From positions 1,861,101-1,925,100 of the forward strand of contig OZ252032.1 of the NCBI GenBank assembly GCA_965247655.1: DNA of 64,000 nt, written 5' to 3'. The notes under the pieces were generated by a model. That model was not told the DNA's origin. It saw nothing but the letters and a program-made list of their open reading frames with translations, and did not search any database. Shown piece after piece: positions 36,675 to 45,876 of the stretch (position 1 is its first letter; every line of letters starts with the position of its first letter). This stretch comes from Candidatus Poribacteria bacterium. Lineage in GTDB: Bacteria > Poribacteria > WGA-4E > PCPOR2b. The position numbers were made by a program, and so were the translations under genes.

Positions 36675-37865
36675 GTGGAAGAGCGAGCACCAAATCCAGT
36701 AATTAAACCACCCACTGAATCGAAAAGCATGTTACGGTGGCTGAAGGAGAACCTCTTTAATACTTGGTATAACGCACTTTTCACCTTTTTAGCCGTTGTT
36801 TTTTTATACGTCGTCTTTAAGGGGATTTTGACTTGGGCGTTCACTGAGGCAAATTGGAACGTTATACCCGCTAACCTGCAAATTTTTCTAGTCGGTGCTT
36901 ATCCGAGAGAGGAGATATGGCGTGTATGGATTGTGATTTATACTTTGGGTCTCCTATTGGGGTTGAGTGCTGGAATCTGGGGAGGTCTAGCCCTCCGGCT
37001 TGCCCTCGTCATCGGAGGAATAGGGGGAGGAGTTGGGATTATCCTAGCCTTCTTTCCCGCTGCCCTCTCGAATAGATTCGGTTTGTTGGGCGGGGTGGCA
37101 TTGCTAGCAGGCTCTCTATTTCTGGGACGTGGCAGAAAAGAGTTGCGCCTTTGGGTTCTGGGCGGTTGGCTGCTATCATTTCCTTGGACTATGATATGGC
37201 TGCACGGATTCGCGGGCTTGCCCACCGTTTTTACAAGCAGTTGGGGCGGGCTTTTGCTAACGCTTATTCTGGCGGCTGTAGGGATTGTCGTCTCCTTTCC
37301 ATTGGGAATTCTTTTGGCTCTCGGACGGCGGAGCAATCTTCCTACGATAAAATGGGCTTCAACAGCATATATTGAAACAGTACGCGGCGTGCCCTTAGTG
37401 ACAATTCTGTTCATGGCACAGATAATGGTGCCGATTTTCCTACCTGATTTCCGCATTGACAAAATTCTACGGGCGATGCTCGGTATCACACTTTTTTCCG
37501 CAGCTTACATGGCAGAGAACGTCCGTGGAGGGTTGCAAGCGATTCCGAAAGGACAGCATGAGGCCGCCCATGCGCTGGGGCTCAACTATCCACTTACGAT
37601 GTTACTTATCATATTACCGCAGGCGCTTCGCTCTGTTATCCCGGCAATCGTTGGGCAGTTCATCAGCCTCTTTAAGGATACATCGCTGGTCACTGTCATT
37701 GGACTGCTAGACTTATTGAGTATAGCCAAAACGGTTATTGCAAACCCCGACTGGTTGGGGTTACAAACTGAAGTATATCTGTTTGCTGCGGCGATCTATT
37801 TTGTTTTTAGTTACTCAATGTCTTATATCAGTCAAAAAATTGAAGGTGCCCTGGGAGTCGGGTAG
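36675..37865 (+). CDS. aapM: general L-amino acid ABC transporter permease
   Basis: 396 aa, multi-TM, EAA loop (EAAHALGLNYPLTMLLIILPQAL). Confidence 0.8.
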   Translation: MEERAPNPVIKPPTESKSMLRWLKENLFNTWYNALFTFLAVVFLYVVFKGILTWAFTEANWNVIPANLQIFLVGAYPREEIWRVWIVIYTLGLLLGLSAGIWGGLALRLALVIGGIGGGVGIILAFFPAALSNRFGLLGGVALLAGSLFLGRGRKELRLWVLGGWLLSFPWTMIWLHGFAGLPTVFTSSWGGLLLTLILAAVGIVVSFPLGILLALGRRSNLPTIKWASTAYIETVRGVPLVTILFMAQIMVPIFLPDFRIDKILRAMLGITLFSAAYMAENVRGGLQAIPKGQHEAAHALGLNYPLTMLLIILPQALRSVIPAIVGQFISLFKDTSLVTVIGLLDLLSIAKTVIANPDWLGLQTEVYLFAAAIYFVFSYSMSYISQKIEGALGVG

Positions 37866-37909
37866 GGACGAGATTGCTTCGCGCATACTAGGAAGGGAGA
37901 TACAAAGAA

Positions 37910-38671
37910 GTGGCTGACCTTGAAAATACCGCAGATGATTCAATTATTATCTGTGAGGATGTTCATAAATGGTTTGACGATTTCCATGTACTCAAAGGAA
38001 TTACTGCCGCGTTCAAGAGAGGGGAAAAGGTTGTGATATGCGGACCTTCGGGTTCGGGCAAGTCCACCTTCATCCGTACAATAAATCGTCTGGAAACACA
38101 CCAAAGGGGTAGAATTATCGTTGATGGTATCGAACTCAGCGATGACCTTCGTAATATAGACCGTATCCGCCAAGAAGTCGGCATGGTCTTCCAACAGTTC
38201 AACCTGTTTCCCCACCTGACGGTCCTGCAAAATGTAACGTTAAGCCCTATCTGGGTGAAGAAGCTAACAAAAGGTGAAGCGGAATCGGAGGCTTTAGCGT
38301 TATTAGAGCGGGTTGGTATTGAAGAACATGCTCACAAATTTCCCGCACATATTTCGGGAGGGCAACAGCAGCGTGTGGCAATTGCAAGGGCTTTGGCAAT
38401 GCACCCCAAAATTATGCTATTCGACGAACCAACAAGTGCCCTTGACCCCGAAATGATTAACGAAGTTCTAGATGTAATGCGTGAGTTAGCTGCGTCTGGC
38501 ATAACAATGCTGGTTGTCACACATGAGATGGGTTTCGCGCGTGAGGTGGCAGATCGAATCATCTTCATCGATGAAGGGGAGATTGTTGAAGAGGCGGTGC
38601 CTGAAGTTTTCTTCGATAACCCGCAGCATGAACGCACTCGGCTTTTTATTTCCCAAACGTTACAACATTAG
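37910..38671 (+). CDS. aapP: amino acid ABC transporter ATP-binding protein
   Basis: 253 aa; Walker [10 protein letters not shown], signature [15 protein letters not shown], Walker [12 protein letters not shown]. Confidence 0.9.
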   Translation: MADLENTADDSIIICEDVHKWFDDFHVLKGITAAFKRGEKVVICGPSGSGKSTFIRTINRLETHQRGRIIVDGIELSDDLRNIDRIRQEVGMVFQQFNLFPHLTVLQNVTLSPIWVKKLTKGEAESEALALLERVGIEEHAHKFPAHISGGQQQRVAIARALAMHPKIMLFDEPTSALDPEMINEVLDVMRELAASGITMLVVTHEMGFAREVADRIIFIDEGEIVEEAVPEVFFDNPQHERTRLFISQTLQH

Positions 38672-39142
38672 GAACAACTATAGTGAATTCTAAAAATAAA
38701 TAGACGCTTCTCCAGTACGCATTGTAGGAGATCCGCCTTGTGGGAGGGGAACCTTCTAAGTCCGCCTGCGAAATCAGAGGTGTCCATATAATCGGGGTTG
38801 AAAACCCCTCCCACAGCGTCCAAATAATTATGAACTTTACTATAAATCTGATAGGGACCTTCAACCCAAAAAGATGAGTGAAATAGAACCTTCGGAAAGT
38901 ATTCGTGCCATGCAAATTCAAGATCAAATCCACTGTTAAATATTTTTCATTAGAATTCTTTCTTGCATTCTTGCTTTGAATCAAGTATAATTACATTCGC
39001 AACTGTACAATGAATTAAAGAAGTGGTGTTAGGTTCAAATAGAAGCATTTCCCCCGGCTGTATGCTGTATTTTGTACCTCTTAGCGCTAAGGCTTGATTT
39101 TCATTTGCAGTTTTGAATCTTCAAGAAAGGAGGTACACACCA

Positions 39143-39343
39143 ATGGCAACAGGTCGAGTGAAATGGTTCAGTGACCAGAAAGGTTACGGATTCATCGTAA
39201 CCGACGAAGGTCAAGATGTCTTTGTCCACTATTCCAACATTGACGGTAATGGCTTCAAAACCCTTGATGAAGGACAAGAGGTCGAGTTTAATGTTGTGGA
39301 AGGGGAAAAGGGGCTCCAAGCCGAGGAAGTCAGAAAAATTTAA
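39143..39343 (+). CDS. cold-shock protein (CspA family)
   Basis: 66 aa from ATG after AAGGAGG; RNP motifs KGYGFI and VFVHY. Confidence 0.9.
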   Translation: MATGRVKWFSDQKGYGFIVTDEGQDVFVHYSNIDGNGFKTLDEGQEVEFNVVEGEKGLQAEEVRKI

Positions 39344-39395
39344 GGCTGATAAAGCTGACAATACTATATAAAAAAAGTAAAACCGGGGAAGAAAA

Positions 39396-39422
39396 GCTCT
39401 CAAGTAATTGAGGGCTTTTTTT
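39396..39422 (+). terminator. rho-independent terminator after csp
   Basis: GCTCTCAAgtaaTTGAGGGC stem followed by TTTTTTT. Confidence 0.6.
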
Positions 39423-39547
39423 ATTGGGCTAAACAAAATCAATGCAGGGTACCGCAGAGAACTAGCTGAGAAGCCCCTGCTGCTCTTAAAAAATCGAGCC
39501 AGATCAGTAGATCTTGTTTCGATTACTCTCCTATCATGGAAGCCGCT

Positions 39548-40060
39548 TTATTTTTTTCGGAATGCGCCCCAACCCTGACGAATTTTATTTTTCCATGTGG
39601 GTAGGTCGTCGCTATTCTCAATGCTTGCGTTTTCATCGCCTTCTGCATCGCCCTCTGTTACATGTTGGTAAGCAGGTATCTCGTCTTCTGCATCAAACTG
39701 GGGAACGTTCTGGATTAATCCAATATTACGGCGTGCTTCTTCAAAGTCCGGATTAATCATTAATGCTTGCTTCCAACAGGCGAACGCCAGTCCTGCATTG
39801 CCTTGCTTGTAACAGATAATTCCCAGCTTGTTGTACGCGTCAGGCAGGGTAGGATCGATAGATAGCGTCCGCTTAAATGCGTCGACCGCACTTTCAATTT
39901 TGCCTTGGTACATGTAAGCATTTCCAAGGTTATAGTATATCTCCGCAAGATTCGGATCTTTACGAGCGATTTCTTCCCATTGAGCAATTGCCTCGTCAAA
40001 GCGATTTTGTTTCCAATATTCAATGGCTCGGTCGTTAGCGATTTCAGCTTGCTTACTCAT
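39548..40060 (-). CDS. tetratricopeptide-repeat (TPR) protein
   Basis: ~170 aa from MSKQAEIAN; repeated W-LG-Y / A-F-P TPR patterns (YYNLGNAYMYQGKIESAVDAFKRTL ...). Confidence 0.75.
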   Translation of the reverse strand: MSKQAEIANDRAIEYWKQNRFDEAIAQWEEIARKDPNLAEIYYNLGNAYMYQGKIESAVDAFKRTLSIDPTLPDAYNKLGIICYKQGNAGLAFACWKQALMINPDFEEARRNIGLIQNVPQFDAEDEIPAYQHVTEGDAEGDENASIENSDDLPTWKNKIRQGWGAFRKK

Positions 40061-40379
40061 GAATCTTTCCAATCTGGTGGTATAGGTGGGTTGTGTAAGC
40101 TTGATGTTAGCACTCGTGAGCATCGAATCACTTACAGTTTATCTCCAATCCTTGGAGTTCGCTTAGATCATACTCGCGTTGCTCCCTTTATCAAGCCGCC
40201 TCAATATCAAGGAAGGTTATCAATTATAACATTGCTAAATAACTGTATCACATTTCGCAATTTCAGTCAACACCAAAGTCAGATAGAAATATGCCAATAG
40301 ACAAAGAGACTTGGGGGGTTCACGGGAGAGGTCCTATCGATGTCTTACAGCAGTTTCATAAACAGGCCCGATTCCATTT

Positions 40380-40874
40380 TCAGTTGATTTGGATCGTCTC
40401 TACAAGTCCCCAACTAAAGTCGAGGTAGTAATTATGTTTTTTGCTCTCAGGGACGCAGATGATGCAGCACTTACCATCGCGGGCAAAGCGATCGGTAATC
40501 GTAACAAGATTGAGCTCGTAGGAGTATATCATTTCGATAGCATCAAGGACGAGGAGATTGTGCGTTTGGAAATGTTTGTCCAGCAGATCTTCAATAGCGA
40601 TCTGTATCAGGAGGTGTATTTTTGCTTTCGCGCCGGCGTAAGCGATTGATGCCCGCTGCTTGTCTAATTCATCAAGCAGATACAGATTCAGATTTACGTA
40701 ATAATCTGTAGAATTGCCGAATTTTTCATTGAGTAGATGCTTGACCAAATTTGTCTTGCCTGACTGAAACTCTCCGATGAGACAAATCGTCCCGTGCTCA
40801 GACCCGGAATCGATATGAGCGGCTAAGGCTTGATAGGCTTCCCGTTGATTTTCATCGAGTGGGTATGTCGGCAT
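40380..40874 (-). CDS. small P-loop NTPase of unknown function
   Basis: 164 aa; Walker A GEFQSGKT, Walker B-like LLVLDAIE. Confidence 0.5.
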   Translation of the reverse strand: MPTYPLDENQREAYQALAAHIDSGSEHGTICLIGEFQSGKTNLVKHLLNEKFGNSTDYYVNLNLYLLDELDKQRASIAYAGAKAKIHLLIQIAIEDLLDKHFQTHNLLVLDAIEMIYSYELNLVTITDRFARDGKCCIICVPESKKHNYYLDFSWGLVETIQIN

Positions 40875-40961
40875 GGGATTGGTATCATCTCAGAGAGGAG
40901 ATGTTAAAAAATCCTCCCAGTGGAAGTGTGGCAGAGGAAACTCCTCCGTTGCTTTGCATTG

Positions 40962-41375
40962 TCAAAAGGTTGCCGCTTTTTCAAAGAAGTCAATCTCGAC
41001 CACATCCACATTCGCACGCCGGGCATTATCAGCGACGCGCTGGACAACCATCTCTCGAACAAATGGGATGGGGATGCGTTTGACGCGGTGGACAACTTCC
41101 TCCGTGCAACGGACTGAGGTGTTACCCAAGAATGGGCCCTCTTGTGATTTCGCTTCAGAGGGATGGTCGCACGTCTCTGGTACGAGTTGCTGCAAGCGCA
41201 TTGAAACGTAGTCGGTCACCCAACCTTTGAACGCTTCCCCTTTCTCCTCGTCAATTGCAGTCGCCTGGGGTTTCTGATCCAATTTCTGACTGATACCAAC
41301 CAGTAGATCTTCCAAGCGGTTCAAGCGGTCCTCGACCGCGGATAGTCGTTCTTCAATTTTATTTTCACTGTTCAT
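40962..41375 (-). CDS. coiled-coil protein with C-terminal PCP_red-like domain
   Basis: ~138 aa from MNSENKIEERL (GAGG RBS); C-terminus TEEVVHRVKRIPIPFVREMVVQRVADNARRANVDVVEIDFFEKA matches the PCP_red (PF08369-like) pattern. Confidence 0.5.
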   Translation of the reverse strand: MNSENKIEERLSAVEDRLNRLEDLLVGISQKLDQKPQATAIDEEKGEAFKGWVTDYVSMRLQQLVPETCDHPSEAKSQEGPFLGNTSVRCTEEVVHRVKRIPIPFVREMVVQRVADNARRANVDVVEIDFFEKAATF

Positions 41376-41496
41376 TATTTTTTTCCTCAAATGCACGGAC
41401 ATCATGCGTGATGTGTAAAACGTGAACCAACTCCTGAACCTTTGAACGAATAAGGACCTATGCAAACGGATTGAAAATATATCTGTCAGCTATATT

Positions 41497-42798
41497 TTAC
41501 CGCCGAGGTCTGAAGGACGGAACGCCTGTTTTATCAAACCGATCCTTGACGGCTTTCATGATTTCCGGGGTAATTTCACTGTAACCGTGTTCGCGGGCAT
41601 ATTTTTCGACGCTTTTGGTGACCATCCCCTGTGCGAAGGAGGGAACACGCTGCAATCTTTGTTGTGCAGCATCTGTCCATTGTAACTCGTAGTCGGCTTC
41701 AGCTGCAAAGGGAGTAGTTTTTTCAAAACGGATGTTTTGACTTCCCGCCTGTCCCGGTTGGTACTCGCAGGATGGATCTTCAGCGAGATAGTTGTCAGTG
41801 AGGGCATAGGCACGGGCGCGGCAACCGCCGCAAACGTCCCGAAATTCGCAGGCACCACACTTGCCTTCCAGCAGTTTCCGATCTCGCAGCTCTTGAAAAA
41901 CTTTGGATTGATTCCAGAGCGTCACAAAGCTTTCTTTCTTCAGATTGCCGACACTCACTGGCATGTACGGGCATGGCGTTAAATCACCTTCAGGCGTGAT
42001 GCGGCAGTAGTAGATACCGCAGGGGCATGTACCACTCGGATAGGCTTGCAAGAAAGGTGAATCCGATTGTTGCTCATAGATGACCCGTTTGTAGTGTGGC
42101 GCGCATTTTGCTGCGACGAGCATTTTGCCATGATATTTCGCCTGTAACTCAAAGAGTGTTGAGAGCATACGTTCATATTGATCGGGTGTGATGTCCATCA
42201 CCGTTTTCCCTCTACCAGTCCTCACGAGGAAATAGAGATTGAACACCTTAGCACCGAGTTCATAAGCGAAATCAACGATTTGGGGGACCTCATCGTAATT
42301 CCAGCGGGTCACAGAGGTCTGTACAAGGAAATCGAGGTTTGCTCGCTTGAGGGCTTCGACCCCGTTCATCGTGCCTTCCCAAGCCCCTTCCATCCCTCGG
42401 AACTTGTCGTGATTAACCGGGTCTACAGCATCCAAACTGATGCCTGCCCCAGCAACACCGTGATCGCTCATCCGCTGAACCGTTTCATCGTTCAGCAGGA
42501 CGCCGTTTGTGCCCATCACCACCAAGAATCCGGTTCGGGCTGCGTAATCCGATATTTTCAAAATATCAGGACGCAGCAACGGTTCGCCACCTGTGAGAAT
42601 CAGGAGGATGTTGGGATTGATTTCGGCAATCTCATCAATCACGCGGAAACACTGGGATTGGCTCAATTCCGTATCTCGATAATACCCGCTTGGAAACTCG
42701 TTGGTATCCACAAACCCAGCGGGGAGATAGCAGTGTGTACATTTGAGATTGCATAGCCGTGTGATATTCCATGAAACGGCTTGGATTTTCGTTTCCAT
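41497..42798 (-). CDS. radical SAM / SPASM-domain enzyme with C-terminal PCP_red-like domain
   Basis: 433 aa; CNLKCTHC radical-SAM cluster motif; C-rich SPASM region (CPCGIYYC ... CGACEFRDVCGGCRARAY); C-terminal WTDAAQQRLQRVPSFAQGMVTKSVEKYAREHGYSEIT. Confidence 0.8.
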   Translation of the reverse strand: METKIQAVSWNITRLCNLKCTHCYLPAGFVDTNEFPSGYYRDTELSQSQCFRVIDEIAEINPNILLILTGGEPLLRPDILKISDYAARTGFLVVMGTNGVLLNDETVQRMSDHGVAGAGISLDAVDPVNHDKFRGMEGAWEGTMNGVEALKRANLDFLVQTSVTRWNYDEVPQIVDFAYELGAKVFNLYFLVRTGRGKTVMDITPDQYERMLSTLFELQAKYHGKMLVAAKCAPHYKRVIYEQQSDSPFLQAYPSGTCPCGIYYCRITPEGDLTPCPYMPVSVGNLKKESFVTLWNQSKVFQELRDRKLLEGKCGACEFRDVCGGCRARAYALTDNYLAEDPSCEYQPGQAGSQNIRFEKTTPFAAEADYELQWTDAAQQRLQRVPSFAQGMVTKSVEKYAREHGYSEITPEIMKAVKDRFDKTGVPSFRPRR

Positions 42799-42837
42799 GG
42801 TTGCCCCTTAAACGTGATATGATGTAATGTACTTCAA

Positions 42838-42862
42838 CCGCAGAGACGCAGAGAACGCAGAG
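42838..42862. promoter_or_regulatory. three tandem CGCAGAG heptads + T7 run upstream of radical SAM gene
   Basis: CCGCAGAGACGCAGAGAACGCAGAGTTTTTTT; ~40 bp 5' of the rSAM start on its strand. Confidence 0.35.
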
Positions 42863-42972
42863 TTTTTTTCATTACGTTTTGAGCCCAAGACCCCGGCGTC
42901 TGATTCCCTGAGTTAGAACAGGAACATTGAAATTCAGCAGAAGCCCAACTTGATACCGTCCCAATTTCAAAA

Positions 42973-43479
42973 TCAAACTCCTATCATTTGGCGGAGATAC
43001 AAGGAACATACCAATACAACAAGCCCAGCAAGTATCGTAAAAATTCCGAAGAGGTCTACTTTCCTTTGCAGCTTGGCAACCGTTGAATCGTCAAAATTGG
43101 GGTTTGCCACCGCCGACTCTAACCTTCGATTGAACACCGCGATATGCAGGCTATGAAATAGCGTCATCAATCCTACAAAGGCAAGTTTCACGATAAAAAC
43201 AACAAAATAGCCATAACCCTGAGAAAAGCGCATCTGCGTGTTCAATCCAACGATGAACAGGTTCATCGCACCGGTGATCAGGAGAATGTGGATTGTGAAG
43301 CGGATAATGTGCCGCAGGCGATTCCGGATCGCGGTGGCATGTTGGACACTTTCAAGGATTTGAAAATGCTTCCTCAAAATCGGTGTTGCAACGCTGACAG
43401 AAAAAAAGATTCCGCCCAACCAAACGATTGCGGCGGTAAAGTGTATCCAACGGATGAAAAGTTCGACAATTGGAGCCAT
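42973..43479 (-). CDS. hypothetical 4-TM integral membrane protein
   Basis: 168 aa, four hydrophobic helices, conserved His pair (LFHSLHIAVF). Confidence 0.55.
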   Translation of the reverse strand: MAPIVELFIRWIHFTAAIVWLGGIFFSVSVATPILRKHFQILESVQHATAIRNRLRHIIRFTIHILLITGAMNLFIVGLNTQMRFSQGYGYFVVFIVKLAFVGLMTLFHSLHIAVFNRRLESAVANPNFDDSTVAKLQRKVDLFGIFTILAGLVVLVCSLYLRQMIGV

Positions 43480-43561
43480 AAGTGAGTGAAATAGGATACG
43501 ATGGCGGACCTATCACAGTTTGTGTGAGCGGGACCTCTTCCGTTCTCACCGTGATAAACTC

Positions 43562-44062
43562 CTACATTCCAAAATTACCGCGTGCGGTATCCATTATTTC
43601 GGTGGTGATTTCGGTGTGTCCATTTTCACGTGCGAACTCTTCGATGCTGGTCTTCGCCATCGAACGGACGAAACTAGGCACGCGCTCCAGACGCGCTAAC
43701 GCTTCCGGTGTCCATATTGGTCCGGTCGCCTCCGACTCTTGAAATGCTTCCGCTACAGCCGATGAGAACGGGCATTTCCCACCCCCTTCGGTAGATACTG
43801 CCGGCGCTTCGGAGGTCAGATTGTCCGGATTCTGCTGATTCAGGAAGGAACGCACCATCTGCATCGGCTGCGCCGCTTCGCTCTTGCCACCGAGCTGAAC
43901 ATCGAGGGATTTCAGCATTTGGGTTTCCCACGGGTTCATGTGCATTGCAAACTCAGCGAAGCAATCTGGGCACTCGAAAATCGCCGTCAACGAGCCTTGA
44001 TCTGGCGTCGCTGTTTCCTTAAATTGCATTGCTGTGTTACATTCAAGACATAAGAATTTCAT
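43562..44062 (-). CDS. zinc-ribbon + PCP_red-like domain protein
   Basis: 166 aa; N-terminal CLECN...CPDC Cys4 ribbon; C-terminal WTPEALARLERVPSFVRSMAKTSIEEFARENGHTEIT. Confidence 0.55.
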   Translation of the reverse strand: MKFLCLECNTAMQFKETATPDQGSLTAIFECPDCFAEFAMHMNPWETQMLKSLDVQLGGKSEAAQPMQMVRSFLNQQNPDNLTSEAPAVSTEGGGKCPFSSAVAEAFQESEATGPIWTPEALARLERVPSFVRSMAKTSIEEFARENGHTEITTEIMDTARGNFGM

Positions 44063-44091
44063 TGGTTGACTCCGTTTATATGCTACATTTT

Positions 44092-44976
44092 CTATTCAAA
44101 GAACGTCCGAATTTCATCCGTAATGCCGAAAAATGTTCGTCCTGCGGGAGTATCTCCGTACTGATTAACAAACACGCTGCCTTCGTCCGCAGCAATAGAG
44201 ATCCGCGGATCGAAAGGTATCTTGCCGAGCAGAGAAATGTCAAATTGGCGCGCCATCTCCTCCGTATTGCCCGACGGGAATAGGTCTTCAGTTTTGCCAC
44301 AATCGGCGCAGACATAAGCCGCCATATTTTCGACGATGCCGATCAGCGGTGCGTTGAGCAGTTTCTTTGCCACTGTCAGCGATTTTTTAACAACAAGCTG
44401 CGAAACCCCAGAAGGGATTGTAACAACAACTGTGCCGCCAAGATTCGGCAGGAGATCGACGAGATTTGGCAATCGATCTGCGCCGGGTGGAAGATCTATC
44501 AACAGATAATCAAGTGTTCCCCATTCTGTATCGGAGAGAAATTCACGGAGGGCACTCATTTCCATTGTCCCCCGCCAAGTGAAAGCATCCTTCTGTGTTT
44601 GGGATTCCCAGAGGACTGGGGTTTCGTCATCCTTGAGGAATAGATCCATCGACATCACCTTGACTCCAAGCGGACTGATGGCAGGTTTAACACCATCAGC
44701 ACCATAATCAATGTGCTGCCCTCTCACCCCCATCATTTTAGCAATTGAGGGACCATTGATGTCAGCGTCAATCACACCAACATTGTGCCCACGTAATCCA
44801 AGTGCCGAAGCAAGGTTTGCCGTAACCGAACTCTTACCCACACCGCCCTTTCCACTCATGATGGCAACAGTGTGGCGGATTGACGCAAGTCGTTGTTGTA
44901 AGCGATTGACCTGCTGCGTTACTTGTCCAACGATATTAGAGCCGCCATCGGCGGGGAGGTCTTTGTAGGTTTTCAT
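44092..44976 (-). CDS. Mrp/NBP35 (ApbC) family Fe-S cluster carrier ATPase
   Basis: 294 aa; deviant Walker A SGKGGVGKSS, CADCGKT / CxxC motif. Confidence 0.85.
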   Translation of the reverse strand: MKTYKDLPADGGSNIVGQVTQQVNRLQQRLASIRHTVAIMSGKGGVGKSSVTANLASALGLRGHNVGVIDADINGPSIAKMMGVRGQHIDYGADGVKPAISPLGVKVMSMDLFLKDDETPVLWESQTQKDAFTWRGTMEMSALREFLSDTEWGTLDYLLIDLPPGADRLPNLVDLLPNLGGTVVVTIPSGVSQLVVKKSLTVAKKLLNAPLIGIVENMAAYVCADCGKTEDLFPSGNTEEMARQFDISLLGKIPFDPRISIAADEGSVFVNQYGDTPAGRTFFGITDEIRTFFE

Positions 44977-44985
44977 AGGTTCTGA

Positions 44986-45867
44986 TTAATGATAGATAAA
45001 CAACGGAATACCCGCCTGCTCCACCAAGGATTTGGTTACACTGCCGAAGACGAATTCCGATACGCTTCGTTTCCCATACGCCCCCATGGCAAGCAGATCA
45101 ATTTCATATTCTCGGATGTAGGACAGAATGGCTTCATCGACCCTGCCTCTCAATTGGACTTTCTCCGTCTGTACTCCATATCTACGAAAGTAATCGCCGA
45201 GCCTAGCGAGCAACTGTATTCCACGACTTGCATTATTGTTGACATTCAGGAGGGTGATGTCACATTGATTCCAGATATGAAGCAGGAGAAACATCTGAAT
45301 TGCTTTGGTAACTTGGACGCTGTTATCGTAAGCGACGAGCACTTTTTTAATCTGCCTGACAGAATCGGGGACTGCTAGGACTGGGGTCAACCCGCTATGA
45401 AGGATTCGATCCAAGGTGTTACCCGGTTCGTGTTTGATGTTATACCGAAAAAAGGTCTTCTGCCCAATTATAATAAAATCGTGGAATTTTGATTCTTCGA
45501 TAATTTCCCGAAATGGGCTGCCTGTCTCTGAATGGATTGAGTGACGGATCTCTTTCTCCTGACAGTTTTTCCCAAAGTCTTTAAGGACTCCACTTACTAT
45601 CTCCCGCGTCTCCTGGAAGTGTTGCTGGTCAGCGAGTCGATCGTAGTGCATCGCTCCAATAGGCGCGGGACCGCTTGAACGTTGGATACCCGGCAGATCA
45701 ATTACGCCGATGCCGGTTAGCGAGGCGTTATGTTCAAGGGCGATTTGGGTGGCATATTCGACCGCCGCCTGAGAGTAGCTTGAACCGTCGAGACACACAA
45801 GGATTTCCGCAAAATGTGAAGGGTTTCTGGGGGGCATTGGCAAACTCCGATCTAAATTGACATTCAA
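44986..45867 (-). CDS. tandem universal stress protein (UspA) domain protein
   Basis: 293 aa, two Usp-like halves (ILVCLDGSSYS ... ; KVLVAYDNS ...). Confidence 0.75.
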   Translation of the reverse strand: MNVNLDRSLPMPPRNPSHFAEILVCLDGSSYSQAAVEYATQIALEHNASLTGIGVIDLPGIQRSSGPAPIGAMHYDRLADQQHFQETREIVSGVLKDFGKNCQEKEIRHSIHSETGSPFREIIEESKFHDFIIIGQKTFFRYNIKHEPGNTLDRILHSGLTPVLAVPDSVRQIKKVLVAYDNSVQVTKAIQMFLLLHIWNQCDITLLNVNNNASRGIQLLARLGDYFRRYGVQTEKVQLRGRVDEAILSYIREYEIDLLAMGAYGKRSVSEFVFGSVTKSLVEQAGIPLFIYH

Positions 45868-45876
45868 GGTGTGATT

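Noticed and set aside
38646-38984. 112-aa minus-strand ORF between aapP and csp
   Set aside because: No start context and odd composition; the region looks like a non-coding leader or relic.
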